Shown here piece by piece: positions 48,422 through 57,732 of a DNA stretch of 64,000 bases. Each line of letters starts with the position of its first letter. Within the stretch, counting starts at the first letter, position 1. Position numbers and translations under genes: made by a program. Below the pieces are notes generated by a model. That model did no database searches, was not told the DNA's origin, and saw only the letters and a list, made by a program, of their open reading frames with translations. Source of the stretch: Acidothermus sp. (GTDB lineage: Bacteria > Actinomycetota > Actinomycetes > Acidothermales > Acidothermaceae); the NCBI GenBank assembly GCA_023512015.1, contig JAIMAI010000011.1:420-64419 (forward strand). The letters run 5' to 3'.

Positions 48422-49006
48422 ATGCGGGGTCGAAAGTTAATGGCTCCAGTGCTGCTGGCTACCATCGTCGGCGGTGGACTCCACAGTGCGGTAGCCGACA
48501 GCTCAACTACATCAACCGACGTGTCGGGCCTACCACCCGAGAAGGCCCAATCCTTAGCCCTCGAACAGCAGTGGCAGCAACGGCTGGAGGCGGACGCCGC
48601 TGATCCGACCAAGAAAGCCGCCATCATCGCTGCGAAAAAGGCAGAGGCAGCTCGCATGGCCGCTGAACCGGCCGAGCCGATCGCACCGAAGTGGCCCGAA
48701 GGCATCTTCGCCGACAGTGAGGCGCCGGCGCCTGGCACGGTGTTCCTCTGCACCAACCGCTGGGTCGGTACGGTGGCAGGTCGCAGCGTCGCAGTTTACG
48801 CCGGCCGTGCCGGTGGCAACCTCGCCACGGGACGCCTGATGGTCGTAACAGCAGCGCCCGACATGAGCATTGATTCGTCGGATTTCGTCGATCTACCAGG
48901 ATCAGGCGCGCTGCGCATCACGTCTGCCAACGGTACGACACTGACGATCGTGGATGCCCACGGCGCGAAGCATGCGTTCGACGTGTCGAGCTTGAGCTGG
49001 TCTTGA
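48422..49006 (+). CDS. Secreted hypothetical protein
   Basis: Signal peptide (SAVA-D), helical linker, beta-rich C-terminal domain; RBS GAGGA. Confidence 0.75.
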   Translation: MRGRKLMAPVLLATIVGGGLHSAVADSSTTSTDVSGLPPEKAQSLALEQQWQQRLEADAADPTKKAAIIAAKKAEAARMAAEPAEPIAPKWPEGIFADSEAPAPGTVFLCTNRWVGTVAGRSVAVYAGRAGGNLATGRLMVVTAAPDMSIDSSDFVDLPGSGALRITSANGTTLTIVDAHGAKHAFDVSSLSWS

Positions 49007-50103
49007 TGGACACCCTCGCGAAGCACTCGGCACCCGGCATCTCCGAGGGTCTCGCGGCAGCCGGTTCGCTCCTCGTTGCCGTGCTGCTCTCGGCATGCAC
49101 GGGGATTCAGACGCTACCGCCGCAGTCACCCAGCTCCCCTCGCGTGTCCAGTCAAGCAGCCCCGACGGCGACGTCGACCGTCAACAGCTGGGCGGCGTAC
49201 TTCGAGGCCGCCAATTGTGATCCGAGCGCGCCCCCTGCCGTCGTCTTACCAAATCCGGTCGTCACCGCCTCCACGGCGGTCGACGACTGCCGAGTGCTTG
49301 TCGCGTCGCCGGACGGGCTCGCAGCGGTGACCGCAGCGGGCGGTTTCATCCGGCTCGACCCGCTCGACGGGTTGGATGAAGCCATATCCGTGGCGGGGGT
49401 CGGAGACACGATCTGGGTGTCTGGGACAACCGGAAACTCGCCGGTGCTGCTGCGGTTCACGAGCGGGATGCGGTCGAAGGTGACTCTGCCGCCGGGGGTG
49501 GACGGGATCGGGCTCGCGGTCGCGACGTCGGCCGGGGTTGTTACCACGGCTAAACTCGGCCAGGCCAACGTACTGCTGCGCGATAACGGTTCTCAGACCA
49601 CGAAGATCGGTGAGCTGCCCGGTGCGCCGATCGCGTTTGCGGCCGCCGACGAGGAGTTCTTGGCAGCCGTGATCTCCGCCAGCGGCATTGACATAGTCTT
49701 CGGGAACGGACAGCAGTGGCGCAGACAGACCGTCGGCAGCGCCGTCGGTGTCGACATCCGCGGCGTCGCGGTGGGGGAGGGGCTACTTATCGTAGCTGCC
49801 AACAAGCTGGTCCATGGGGTGCCCTCGGGCGCGCTTTTCCTGATATCCCGAGATCAAGGCCGAAGCTGGGTCCAGCACCAGCTGAACGATGCCGAAGTGG
49901 CATCCGTGGCGGTAATTGGCCGCGACATCTTCGTGGCGATGACCAGGCAGGGTAACTCCGCGACCATCTATCGCAGCACCGACGCCGCGTCCTGGACAGC
50001 GATCCCGACCCAAACCAGATATGAGAGCCTGCCCAACCTTGATGCCTCCGACGGCACCATCTGGTTGGTCGGCCCTACCATCACCCGCCTCGTGGCCAAC
50101 TAG
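49006..50103 (+). CDS. Lipoprotein with BNR/Asp-box repeats (beta-propeller)
   Basis: Lipobox LSAC; SRDQGRSW and STDAASW; TGATG overlap with the upstream gene. Confidence 0.7.
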   Translation: MDTLAKHSAPGISEGLAAAGSLLVAVLLSACTGIQTLPPQSPSSPRVSSQAAPTATSTVNSWAAYFEAANCDPSAPPAVVLPNPVVTASTAVDDCRVLVASPDGLAAVTAAGGFIRLDPLDGLDEAISVAGVGDTIWVSGTTGNSPVLLRFTSGMRSKVTLPPGVDGIGLAVATSAGVVTTAKLGQANVLLRDNGSQTTKIGELPGAPIAFAAADEEFLAAVISASGIDIVFGNGQQWRRQTVGSAVGVDIRGVAVGEGLLIVAANKLVHGVPSGALFLISRDQGRSWVQHQLNDAEVASVAVIGRDIFVAMTRQGNSATIYRSTDAASWTAIPTQTRYESLPNLDASDGTIWLVGPTITRLVAN

Positions 50104-50143
50104 GCGGCCACGGCTCGAAGCGGGGGCTCACGACAGGGGTGTC

Positions 50144-51244
50144 TCACACCCCGGCGTACGAGTGCATGCCGGTGATGAAGATGTTGACGACGAAGAAATT
50201 GAAGAGCACGGTGGCGAACCCGAGCAGCGCGATGTACGCGGCCTTCCGACCCCGCCACCCCGCCGTCGCCCTCGCGTGGAGGTACCCCGCGTAGATCACC
50301 CACGTGATGAACGACCACGTCTCCTTCGGATCCCACTGCCAGTAGTGACCCCAGGCGTACTGAGCCCAGATAGCGCCGGCCACCACCGCGAACGTCCAGA
50401 TCGGGAAGGCGAGCGCGTAAGCGCGGTAGGCGACCCGGTCGAGCACCCCGGGGTCCGGCATCATGCGGGCGATCGCCGCGAAGCGCACCGAACGGCCGCG
50501 AGACACCGCCGCGGCGTAATGATCTGCGACGAGGAACATCACGGTCGAAGCAGTCGCCACGGTGAAGACGCCGGTCGCGATGATCGCAGCGGTGACGTGG
50601 ATACCCAGCCAATACGAATGCAACGCCGGCACCAGCGGCGCGGGCGCCACGTACAGCACGAGGATGGCGAGCCCGAGGGCGAGCAGCACGGGAATCATCA
50701 CGAAGACGCCGAGGAGCCCGAGGGACTGACGGCGATGGCGGGCCAACACCCCGAGAAACGCCGCCACCGCCGCGAAAGTCAAGGCAAGTGTGAATTCGTA
50801 CATGTTGCCCCACGGCAGCCGGTGCACCGCGAGTCCACGCGTCGCGATCGCCGCGCCGTGGGCCACCCAGCCGATCACCGTGAGGACGACGGCCACCTTC
50901 CCGACGACCTCACCGAAGCGCGTCGCGGGGTCGCGCGGGCCGACCGCTTCGCGACCTCTCCTCGCACGGGCCGCGTCGCCGTCCAGGACCGTCCCCTCCG
51001 CGGATCCGCTCGGCGGCGCACCCGCGGAGAGGGCGACGGACGTCGGCGCCCCAGCCGTCGCCGAACCGGCCGGCGAAGTCGCCCCGACCAGCACGCGGGC
51101 CGGAGTCGGCGCGGCGTCGGCGTCCGGGACTCGGACCCCGAACGCAGCCCGAACCGCGTAACCGACGAACGCCAGCGAGTACGCCACCAAACCCCCGGTG
51201 ATCAACTGATTGGAGGTCGTCGCGAGACCGACATCGACGGGCAC
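50144..51244 (-). CDS. ccsB: Cytochrome c biogenesis protein CcsB/ResC
   Basis: PWGNMYEF, WLGIHV, WGHYWQWDPKETW, GMHSY. Confidence 0.95.
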   Translation of the reverse strand: MPVDVGLATTSNQLITGGLVAYSLAFVGYAVRAAFGVRVPDADAAPTPARVLVGATSPAGSATAGAPTSVALSAGAPPSGSAEGTVLDGDAARARRGREAVGPRDPATRFGEVVGKVAVVLTVIGWVAHGAAIATRGLAVHRLPWGNMYEFTLALTFAAVAAFLGVLARHRRQSLGLLGVFVMIPVLLALGLAILVLYVAPAPLVPALHSYWLGIHVTAAIIATGVFTVATASTVMFLVADHYAAAVSRGRSVRFAAIARMMPDPGVLDRVAYRAYALAFPIWTFAVVAGAIWAQYAWGHYWQWDPKETWSFITWVIYAGYLHARATAGWRGRKAAYIALLGFATVLFNFFVVNIFITGMHSYAGV

Positions 51245-51247
51245 TAC

Positions 51248-52912
51248 TCAACCCTCCTGATCCGAGGTGACCTGCAGGGACGGCGAACCCGCCCGCTCCG
51301 GAAAAGGCGCCGGCCCGGCGGGTTCCGGGGGAATCCGCGTGCGAAGCGCCGCGACCAGCCGATCGAACGCCTCGGCGAAACCACCGCTCGCGTCGGTCCG
51401 GGGCAGGCCACCGACCTCCACCACGGTACGTCCGGTGTCATCCGGCTCCGCACGCACCCAGACCCGCCAGCGCCGGATCCCGAGCGACGCGAGCAGGCCG
51501 GCTATCGCGGCACAAATCGCCCCGAGCACGATCGGCTTCCCCGGATCCTTGGTGAGCTGGAACTCCGCGAATTGCGAAAACCCGAGGAAGGTCACCGAAC
51601 CTTGGCCGCCCGGCAACGTCAATGTCTGGCCCGGTCGCAGCACTCCCTTGGCGAGCAGCTTCATGCGGGAGGTGTCCAGGGTGTAAACCGACTGCGGCAC
51701 CCCGGAATCGAGGCCGAGATCCCCGGAGAAGACCCCGAGGACGACGGCCGGATTATCCGGGGCCGGAAAAACCGAAATGGGTTGCCCGGTAAACGGATCC
51801 GCCGCGGCGGTCGGCAAGAAGAAGCCGCTGATCCCCAATTGGTGCGGCCGGGCATCGGGCAGTTTGACCACGCCCTGGGAGGTGAAAACCCCGTCCCGGG
51901 GCAAGAACGGGACGGTTTCGTCGAAGCTGCGGCCGCTGCCGTCTCGGACCAGGAAATGCGGCGCGTATCCGTGCCCGGTCAGGTACACGTTGACACCATC
52001 GACGGACAGCGGATGGTTGACCGTGACGGTCGTAACCTTCGGCCGCACGCCGGGGCGGGCGGTGTAGGTCACCTCGGCCTGGTAGCCGGCAGCCGCACCG
52101 CGGGTCGGACCGGACCGCACGAAACTCGCGTGGAAATCGTCGAGCCGGAAGGTGAACGGCGGCAACGCCCCGACGTCCACCATGCGGCCCGGCGAGAAGC
52201 TGTCGTAGGCGATCTGGGTGTCGGCGAAGCTGTCGTGCTCCTTGAGCAGCACGGTCCCGGTGAAACCGAAACCCGACGTGACCGCGATTCCGAGGAGGAC
52301 GACGAGCAGCGCTGAATGGAAGAGCAGATTTCCGGTCTCCCGCAGATAACCACGTTCCGCGGCCACCGAGGAAGAGTGCTGGGCGATCCGAAAACGTCGG
52401 GTGCGCAGGAAAACCGCTGCCTCCCGCACCGCCTGCTGCGGGGGAAGCTCCGTCGTCCATTTCTGGTGAGCCGGGAGCCGATACAGGTTGCGGGGCGTGG
52501 CGGGAGGCGCTGCGCGCAGCATTTCCCAGTGCCGGCGAGCGCGCGGTACCACGCAACCGGCCAGCGAAATGAACAACAGCAGGTACACCGCTGCGAACCA
52601 CGGTGATCCGTAGACGTTGAAGAATCCCAAATGGTCCAGGACCGGAGCGAGAGTCGGGTGGCGTACCACGAAATCCCGGACGGCGGAGGGGTTCGCGCTC
52701 CCACGCTGCGGAATGATCGAACCGGGGATAGCCGCCAACGCCAGCAAGAAAAGCAGGATCAGCGCGGTCCGCATCGACGTCAGCGAATACCACGCCCACC
52801 GCACCCAGCCGAGTGCCGAGGCCAGCGTCGGGCGTCGAACCCGTTGCCGCGTCCCGAGTTCGTCGACTTCTGCCTCCAGCGCTTGGAGGTCCGGACGTGA
52901 GGTGCTCGTCAT
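51248..52912 (-). CDS. resB: Cytochrome c biogenesis protein ResB
   Basis: LTSMRTALILL, GNLLFH, VNHPL, GHGYAP. Confidence 0.94.
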   Translation of the reverse strand: MTSTSRPDLQALEAEVDELGTRQRVRRPTLASALGWVRWAWYSLTSMRTALILLFLLALAAIPGSIIPQRGSANPSAVRDFVVRHPTLAPVLDHLGFFNVYGSPWFAAVYLLLFISLAGCVVPRARRHWEMLRAAPPATPRNLYRLPAHQKWTTELPPQQAVREAAVFLRTRRFRIAQHSSSVAAERGYLRETGNLLFHSALLVVLLGIAVTSGFGFTGTVLLKEHDSFADTQIAYDSFSPGRMVDVGALPPFTFRLDDFHASFVRSGPTRGAAAGYQAEVTYTARPGVRPKVTTVTVNHPLSVDGVNVYLTGHGYAPHFLVRDGSGRSFDETVPFLPRDGVFTSQGVVKLPDARPHQLGISGFFLPTAAADPFTGQPISVFPAPDNPAVVLGVFSGDLGLDSGVPQSVYTLDTSRMKLLAKGVLRPGQTLTLPGGQGSVTFLGFSQFAEFQLTKDPGKPIVLGAICAAIAGLLASLGIRRWRVWVRAEPDDTGRTVVEVGGLPRTDASGGFAEAFDRLVAALRTRIPPEPAGPAPFPERAGSPSLQVTSDQEG

Positions 52913-52919
52913 AAGGTGC

Positions 52920-53684
52920 TCATAGGGGAGTCGAATATCCGTTGAGAAGTTGCTGAATGTTTCCGATGAGCAGGTTCCACAATCCGCTCACCAGCAGTAC
53001 GCCGACCCCGATCAGGAGGACTCCGCCCACCACGCCTACCACATGTTGGTGGCGCCGGACGACGTCCAAAGCAGCGAGCCCGCGCCGCAGCGCCACCGCG
53101 ACCGCCACGAACGGCACCCCCAATCCCAAGCAGTACGCGAAAGTGAGCAGCGCGCCCTGGGTGGCGCTGGACCCGCTGAGCGCCAGGGCCTGCACGGCAC
53201 CGAGCGTCGGCCCGAGACAGGGAGTCCACCCCACTCCGAACGCGAATCCGACGACCGGAGCCGCCGCCAGCCCGGCCGCCGGCAGCCGGTGGATCCGCCA
53301 CTCACGTTGCAACCCCGGGAACATCCCGAGGAATGCGAACCCGAGCGCGATGACGAGGACGCCGAGAATCCGGTACACCACGTCGCGATGGGCCCCGAGG
53401 GTCGACCCGATATACCCGAACAGCGCTCCGCCCAAGGTCAGGGCCACCGAGAAGCCGAGCACGAAAAGCACGGCACCAAGGACCACCCGCCCCCGTCGGT
53501 GCCCCGTCACGGAGTTCAGATCCGCGCCGGAAATACCGGTGACGTAGGCGAGATAGCCGGGAACGAGCGGAACCACGCATGGGGAGAGAAAAGAGATGAG
53601 GCCGGCGAGTGCGGCGATGGGGATCGCAAGGAGCAGCGAACCGGAGAGAACGGTGTGCTGGAACGTCGTCGCAATGCCCGTCAC
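52920..53684 (-). CDS. ccdA: Cytochrome c biogenesis protein CcdA
   Basis: SFLSPCVVPLVPGY, GWTPCLGP. Confidence 0.94.
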   Translation of the reverse strand: MTGIATTFQHTVLSGSLLLAIPIAALAGLISFLSPCVVPLVPGYLAYVTGISGADLNSVTGHRRGRVVLGAVLFVLGFSVALTLGGALFGYIGSTLGAHRDVVYRILGVLVIALGFAFLGMFPGLQREWRIHRLPAAGLAAAPVVGFAFGVGWTPCLGPTLGAVQALALSGSSATQGALLTFAYCLGLGVPFVAVAVALRRGLAALDVVRRHQHVVGVVGGVLLIGVGVLLVSGLWNLLIGNIQQLLNGYSTPL

Positions 53685-54295
53685 GACGTCTCCTTCGCCA
53701 CCGAAACGACCAACGGTTTCAGAGTGTTGTAGGTGAGCTCACCGAGCACCCGGACCGCGATCCGACCGGCACGGTCGATGATCAATGTGCTGGGGGGGAC
53801 GGCTGGATTTATCCCCTCGCCGCGGAATTGCAACGCAATGGCGGCGGAGGTGTCGGCGAAGCTCGGGTACGTGATGTGGTGGGTCGCGACGAACGCGGGG
53901 CCGTCCGACGGCCCGTTCTCGCGGATGTCGACTCCGACGAATTGGACGCCGAGGGGCGCGGTCTCTTGGAAAACCTCTTCCAGTACCGGGGCTTCCGAAC
54001 GACAGGGCGGACACCAGGAAGCCCAGAAATTCAAGACGATCACTTTCCCCCGGAATCGCTGAAGATCGAGAGGCGCTCCGTGTAGATCGATGCCGCTCAC
54101 CTCGGGCGCGACCCGGCGGGCGTCGACCGCGTATCGGGTCACCACGGCCTTGCCGGCCGCCGTCGTCGTCACGCCGTCGGCGGCGCGTGACGCGGCGCAC
54201 CCGGTGAGAAGAGCCATACCGACCGACAGCGCAGCCACCCACCGCCGGCGCGCAGGGCGCAACCCCGCGCGGCGTGATGATGCGCTCCGTCGCAT
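53681..54295 (-). CDS. resA: TlpA/ResA thiol-disulfide oxidoreductase lipoprotein
   Basis: Lipobox LTGC; LNFWASWCPPCRSE; start uncertain. Confidence 0.9.
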   Translation of the reverse strand: MRRSASSRRAGLRPARRRWVAALSVGMALLTGCAASRAADGVTTTAAGKAVVTRYAVDARRVAPEVSGIDLHGAPLDLQRFRGKVIVLNFWASWCPPCRSEAPVLEEVFQETAPLGVQFVGVDIRENGPSDGPAFVATHHITYPSFADTSAAIALQFRGEGINPAVPPSTLIIDRAGRIAVRVLGELTYNTLKPLVVSVAKETS

Positions 54296-54416
54296 CGAGA
54301 GCCGAAGGATCACCGAATTCCCCTCGTCGAACCGCGGGTCCATTCTCGGACGGCGGAACCGATCGACCCGCAGCAGGGAGCGCGGGCCTCCGGATTCCGC
54401 GGAAGCGACGATCTCT

Positions 54417-55049
54417 TCACGCCCCGCCGACGTCGCCCACCCCCACGGATCCCGACGGTTCGCAGTAGACGACGTCGATCACAGCGTCGTCGTCGAACAC
54501 CAAACTCGTGATACTGCCGAGGGCGCACTGGCGGTGGCGCGGATGATGCCAAAGCGGCCGACGTTCGATCGAACGTCGCAGTGTCCAGATCGGGAGTTGG
54601 TGACTCACACAGACGGCCTCGTGCCCCACCGCGGCCTCACGAGCCGCATGCACCGCCGCCCACATCCGGTCTGCGATGCGGCGATAGGGCTCACCCCAGG
54701 ATGGCCGAAAGGGGTTGCGTACCAGCCACCAAGTACGGGGATGGCGCAGCGCACCGTCCCCGACCCCGAACCGCCGACCCTCGAAGGCGTTCTCCGGCTC
54801 GATCAGCCGCTCGTCGATCTCGATCGGCAGCCCGAATCGTTCCGCGATCGGTTCCGCGGTCTCCCGGGCGCGCTCCAGGGGGGAAGAGACGACCAGGACG
54901 ACGTCGTGTCCGGCCAACGCGTCGGCGGCTCGTTTGGCCATCAGGACACCGGCATCGGAAAGGTGGAAGCCGGGAAGTCGCCCGTAGAGGATGTGCCGCG
55001 GATTGGCGACCTCTCCGTGGCGCACCAGGTGGACAACGGTCTTGGTCAC
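54417..55049 (-). CDS. Histidine phosphatase (phosphoglycerate mutase family)
   Basis: LVRHGE, SSPLERA, VSHQLPIW; leaderless GTG 55049. Confidence 0.92.
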   Translation of the reverse strand: MTKTVVHLVRHGEVANPRHILYGRLPGFHLSDAGVLMAKRAADALAGHDVVLVVSSPLERARETAEPIAERFGLPIEIDERLIEPENAFEGRRFGVGDGALRHPRTWWLVRNPFRPSWGEPYRRIADRMWAAVHAAREAAVGHEAVCVSHQLPIWTLRRSIERRPLWHHPRHRQCALGSITSLVFDDDAVIDVVYCEPSGSVGVGDVGGA

Positions 55050-55103
55050 CATTCGACCCTAGCGGGACGCCCGACGCCTTCCGCAACGCCTAGGCTCGGG
55101 CTC

Positions 55104-55916
55104 ATGACCGTCCGCGTCGCGCTCTCCACGTCGTCGGTCTGGCCCGAGTCCACCGCGATCGCCTTCGCCGCAGCGGCTTCCCTCGGCTACGACGGGATCG
55201 AGGTGATGGTGAGCGCCGATCCGGTCAGCCAGGATTCGACCGCGCTGCAGCGACTCGTCGATTACCACGGAATTCCGGTGCTCGCCGTCCACTCGCCCTG
55301 TCTGCTCATCACCCAACACATCTGGGGGACCGAACCGTGGGCGAAATTGAACCGGGCGCAGAATTTGGCCGAACGGCTCGGGGCCCGCGTGGTGGTCACC
55401 CACCCGCCTTTTCTCTGGCAACGCGGATACGCCCGCAATTTCCTCACCGGGCTGCGCCGTATGACCGGCGAATCCGGCGTGATCGTCGCGGTCGAGAACA
55501 TGTTCCCGCAACGCGGGCCGCTCGGGATTTCGGTTTCCGCATACGCGCCTTCGTGGTCACCGCTGGATTTCGACTATCCGCTCGTCACGCTGGACATCTC
55601 CCACGCCGCCGCGGCCGGGCAGGATGCTCTGGTGCTCGCGCGGGCGCTCGCCGACCGCGTCGTCCACGTCCATCTCGCCGACGGCACCGGGTCACGCGGC
55701 GACGAGCACCTCGTTCCCGGGGCCGGGCGACAGCCGTGCGCGGCGGTATTGGGTTTCCTCGCCGGGCGGGAATTCGACCTGACGGTGACCGCGGAAGTGA
55801 ACACCACACGCGCCCGGTCCCACGCCGAGCGGAGGGAAGCGCTCGCCGAGACGTTGCGATTCGCGCGGGCCGCTCTGTCGCCGAGTCGAGCCGCACTCGA
55901 CACCGGTGACGGATAG
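55104..55916 (+). CDS. Sugar phosphate isomerase/epimerase (AP endonuclease 2 TIM barrel)
   Basis: GYDGIEVM, VENM, TLDISH, HVHLAD, DEHLVPG; TAGGCT-N7-ATG. Confidence 0.88.
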   Translation: MTVRVALSTSSVWPESTAIAFAAAASLGYDGIEVMVSADPVSQDSTALQRLVDYHGIPVLAVHSPCLLITQHIWGTEPWAKLNRAQNLAERLGARVVVTHPPFLWQRGYARNFLTGLRRMTGESGVIVAVENMFPQRGPLGISVSAYAPSWSPLDFDYPLVTLDISHAAAAGQDALVLARALADRVVHVHLADGTGSRGDEHLVPGAGRQPCAAVLGFLAGREFDLTVTAEVNTTRARSHAERREALAETLRFARAALSPSRAALDTGDG

Positions 55917-55953
55917 CCTGAGCGCGACGGTCTGGGTGAGGCAAGGAGGACCC

Positions 55954-56883
55954 GTGCTCCGGAGACTCGTGCTCGCGGCGGCGCAGAACCGCTCCATCGA
56001 GCGGGCGCTGACCCACGCGGCTCCGACCCGGGCCGTGGTCGACCGTTTCGTCGCGGGCCGCACGGTGGACGACGCGCTCCGGGTCGCCGGGAACCTCGTC
56101 GCCGACGGACTTCTCGTCAGCCTCGATCGTCTCGGTGAGCAGGTCCACGACGCCGACCAAGCGCGGGTCACCGCGCAGGCATACCGGGAGCTCGCCCAGG
56201 CCATCGCCGCCGCCGGATTAGCGTCGTCCGTGGAAATTTCCCTCAAGCTCTCCTCGCTCGGCCAGGGTCTGTCGGACGGCGACCACGACCTGTCCGTCGA
56301 ATTGGCTCGCGAAGTCTGCGCGGCGGCGAAAGAAGCCGGCACGACGGTGACCGTCGACATGGAGGACCACACCACCACCGACGCCACGTTGGCTGCGGTC
56401 TCCACCCTCCGCGCCGATTTCCCGGACGTCGGATGCGTGATCCAAGCGTATTTGCGTCGCTCTCTGCAGGATTGCCGCACGCTCGCGGAAGCCGGAGCAC
56501 GAGTGCGGCTCTGCAAGGGGGCGTATCGGGAACCGGCGTCGGTAGCCTTCACCGACCGCCACGAGGTGGACCGCAATTTCGTCCGCTGCTTGCGGGTGTT
56601 GATGCGGGGCAACGGTTATCCGATGGTGGCGACTCACGATCCGAGACTGATAGCCATCGCGTCGGTGATGGCGGTCCAGGCAGGTCGCGCCAAGGATCGG
56701 TACGAATTCCAGATGCTGTACGGGGTGCGTCCCGACGAGCAGCGGAGGTTGCGGGCACGCGGGGAACGGGTGCGGGTGTACGTCCCCTACGGCAGCGAGT
56801 GGTATCCGTATCTGGTACGCCGACTCGCCGAACGCCCGGCCAACATGCTGTTCTTCGCGCGTGCCCTCGGAGGACGGAAATGA
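55954..56883 (+). CDS. Monofunctional proline dehydrogenase
   Basis: RFVAG, VDMED, QAYLRR, RLCKGAY, ATHD, YVPYG...RRLAERPAN; RBS AAGGAGG. Confidence 0.94.
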   Translation: MLRRLVLAAAQNRSIERALTHAAPTRAVVDRFVAGRTVDDALRVAGNLVADGLLVSLDRLGEQVHDADQARVTAQAYRELAQAIAAAGLASSVEISLKLSSLGQGLSDGDHDLSVELAREVCAAAKEAGTTVTVDMEDHTTTDATLAAVSTLRADFPDVGCVIQAYLRRSLQDCRTLAEAGARVRLCKGAYREPASVAFTDRHEVDRNFVRCLRVLMRGNGYPMVATHDPRLIAIASVMAVQAGRAKDRYEFQMLYGVRPDEQRRLRARGERVRVYVPYGSEWYPYLVRRLAERPANMLFFARALGGRK

Positions 56884-56900
56884 GCGGAGCAGGAACCGAC

Positions 56901-57716
56901 ATGCGTGACCATTCTGATACGATCGCCGTCCTCGGTGCCGGGAAGATGGGGGAAGCCCTGATATCCGGGCTGCTCCGGGCCGGGTTGCCGGTAGAAAAAC
57001 TTTTGATCACCGAGCGGTACCCGAAACGCGCTCAGGAAATGACCGAGCACTATCGCGTGCGCGCGGTCGACAACGTCGAGGCGGCGAAAACGGCCGACAC
57101 GTTGGTGCTCGCGGTCAAACCGCAGGACATGGACGACCTGCTCGCCGAACTCTCCTCCGTGGTCACCCCGGATCGCCTCGTCGTCACCATCGCGGCAGGC
57201 ATCACCACCGCCGCCATCGAGAAACGGCTGGTGGACGGCGTCCCGGTGGTGCGGGTGATGCCGAATACCCCGGCACTGGTCGGAGAGGCGATGAGCGTTA
57301 TCGCCGCCGGGTCGTATGCCACCGAGGAACACCTGGCGCGGGCTGAGGCGATTTTCCGGCCGGTCGGCAAGGTCCTGCGCCTCCCGGAGTCGCAACTCGA
57401 CGCCGTCACCGCGCTGTCCGGCAGCGGACCGGCGTATGTGTTCTATTTGGTCGAGGCGATGACCGACGCCGGAATCCTCCTCGGTCTGCCGCGCGCGGTG
57501 GCCCACGACCTCATCGTCCAGACCATTTACGGATCGGCGGTGATGCTCCGGGAATCGGGAGAACATCCGGTGGCGTTGCGGGAAGCCGTGACCTCGCCGG
57601 GGGGGACGACGATCGCAGCGATTCGGGAACTCGAACGTCACGGGGTGCGTGCGGCTCTGCTCGCCGCCCTGGAAGCCGCTCGTGACCGGTCTCGGCAATT
57701 GGCCGGCGGCCATTAG
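56901..57716 (+). CDS. proC: Pyrroline-5-carboxylate reductase
   Basis: GAGKMG, AVKPQ, RVMPNTP, SGSGPAY, TSPGGTT. Confidence 0.95.
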   Translation: MRDHSDTIAVLGAGKMGEALISGLLRAGLPVEKLLITERYPKRAQEMTEHYRVRAVDNVEAAKTADTLVLAVKPQDMDDLLAELSSVVTPDRLVVTIAAGITTAAIEKRLVDGVPVVRVMPNTPALVGEAMSVIAAGSYATEEHLARAEAIFRPVGKVLRLPESQLDAVTALSGSGPAYVFYLVEAMTDAGILLGLPRAVAHDLIVQTIYGSAVMLRESGEHPVALREAVTSPGGTTIAAIRELERHGVRAALLAALEAARDRSRQLAGGH

Positions 57717-57732
57717 GGGACGGTAAGCATCG

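Noticed and set aside
50021-52315. 764-aa + strand ORF
   Set aside because: Arg-rich antisense shadow of ccsB/resB.
54090-55103. N-terminal half of the 608-aa ORF, suggesting a fusion protein
   Set aside because: It overlaps resA and the phosphatase on the other strand; the real gene starts at ATG 55104.
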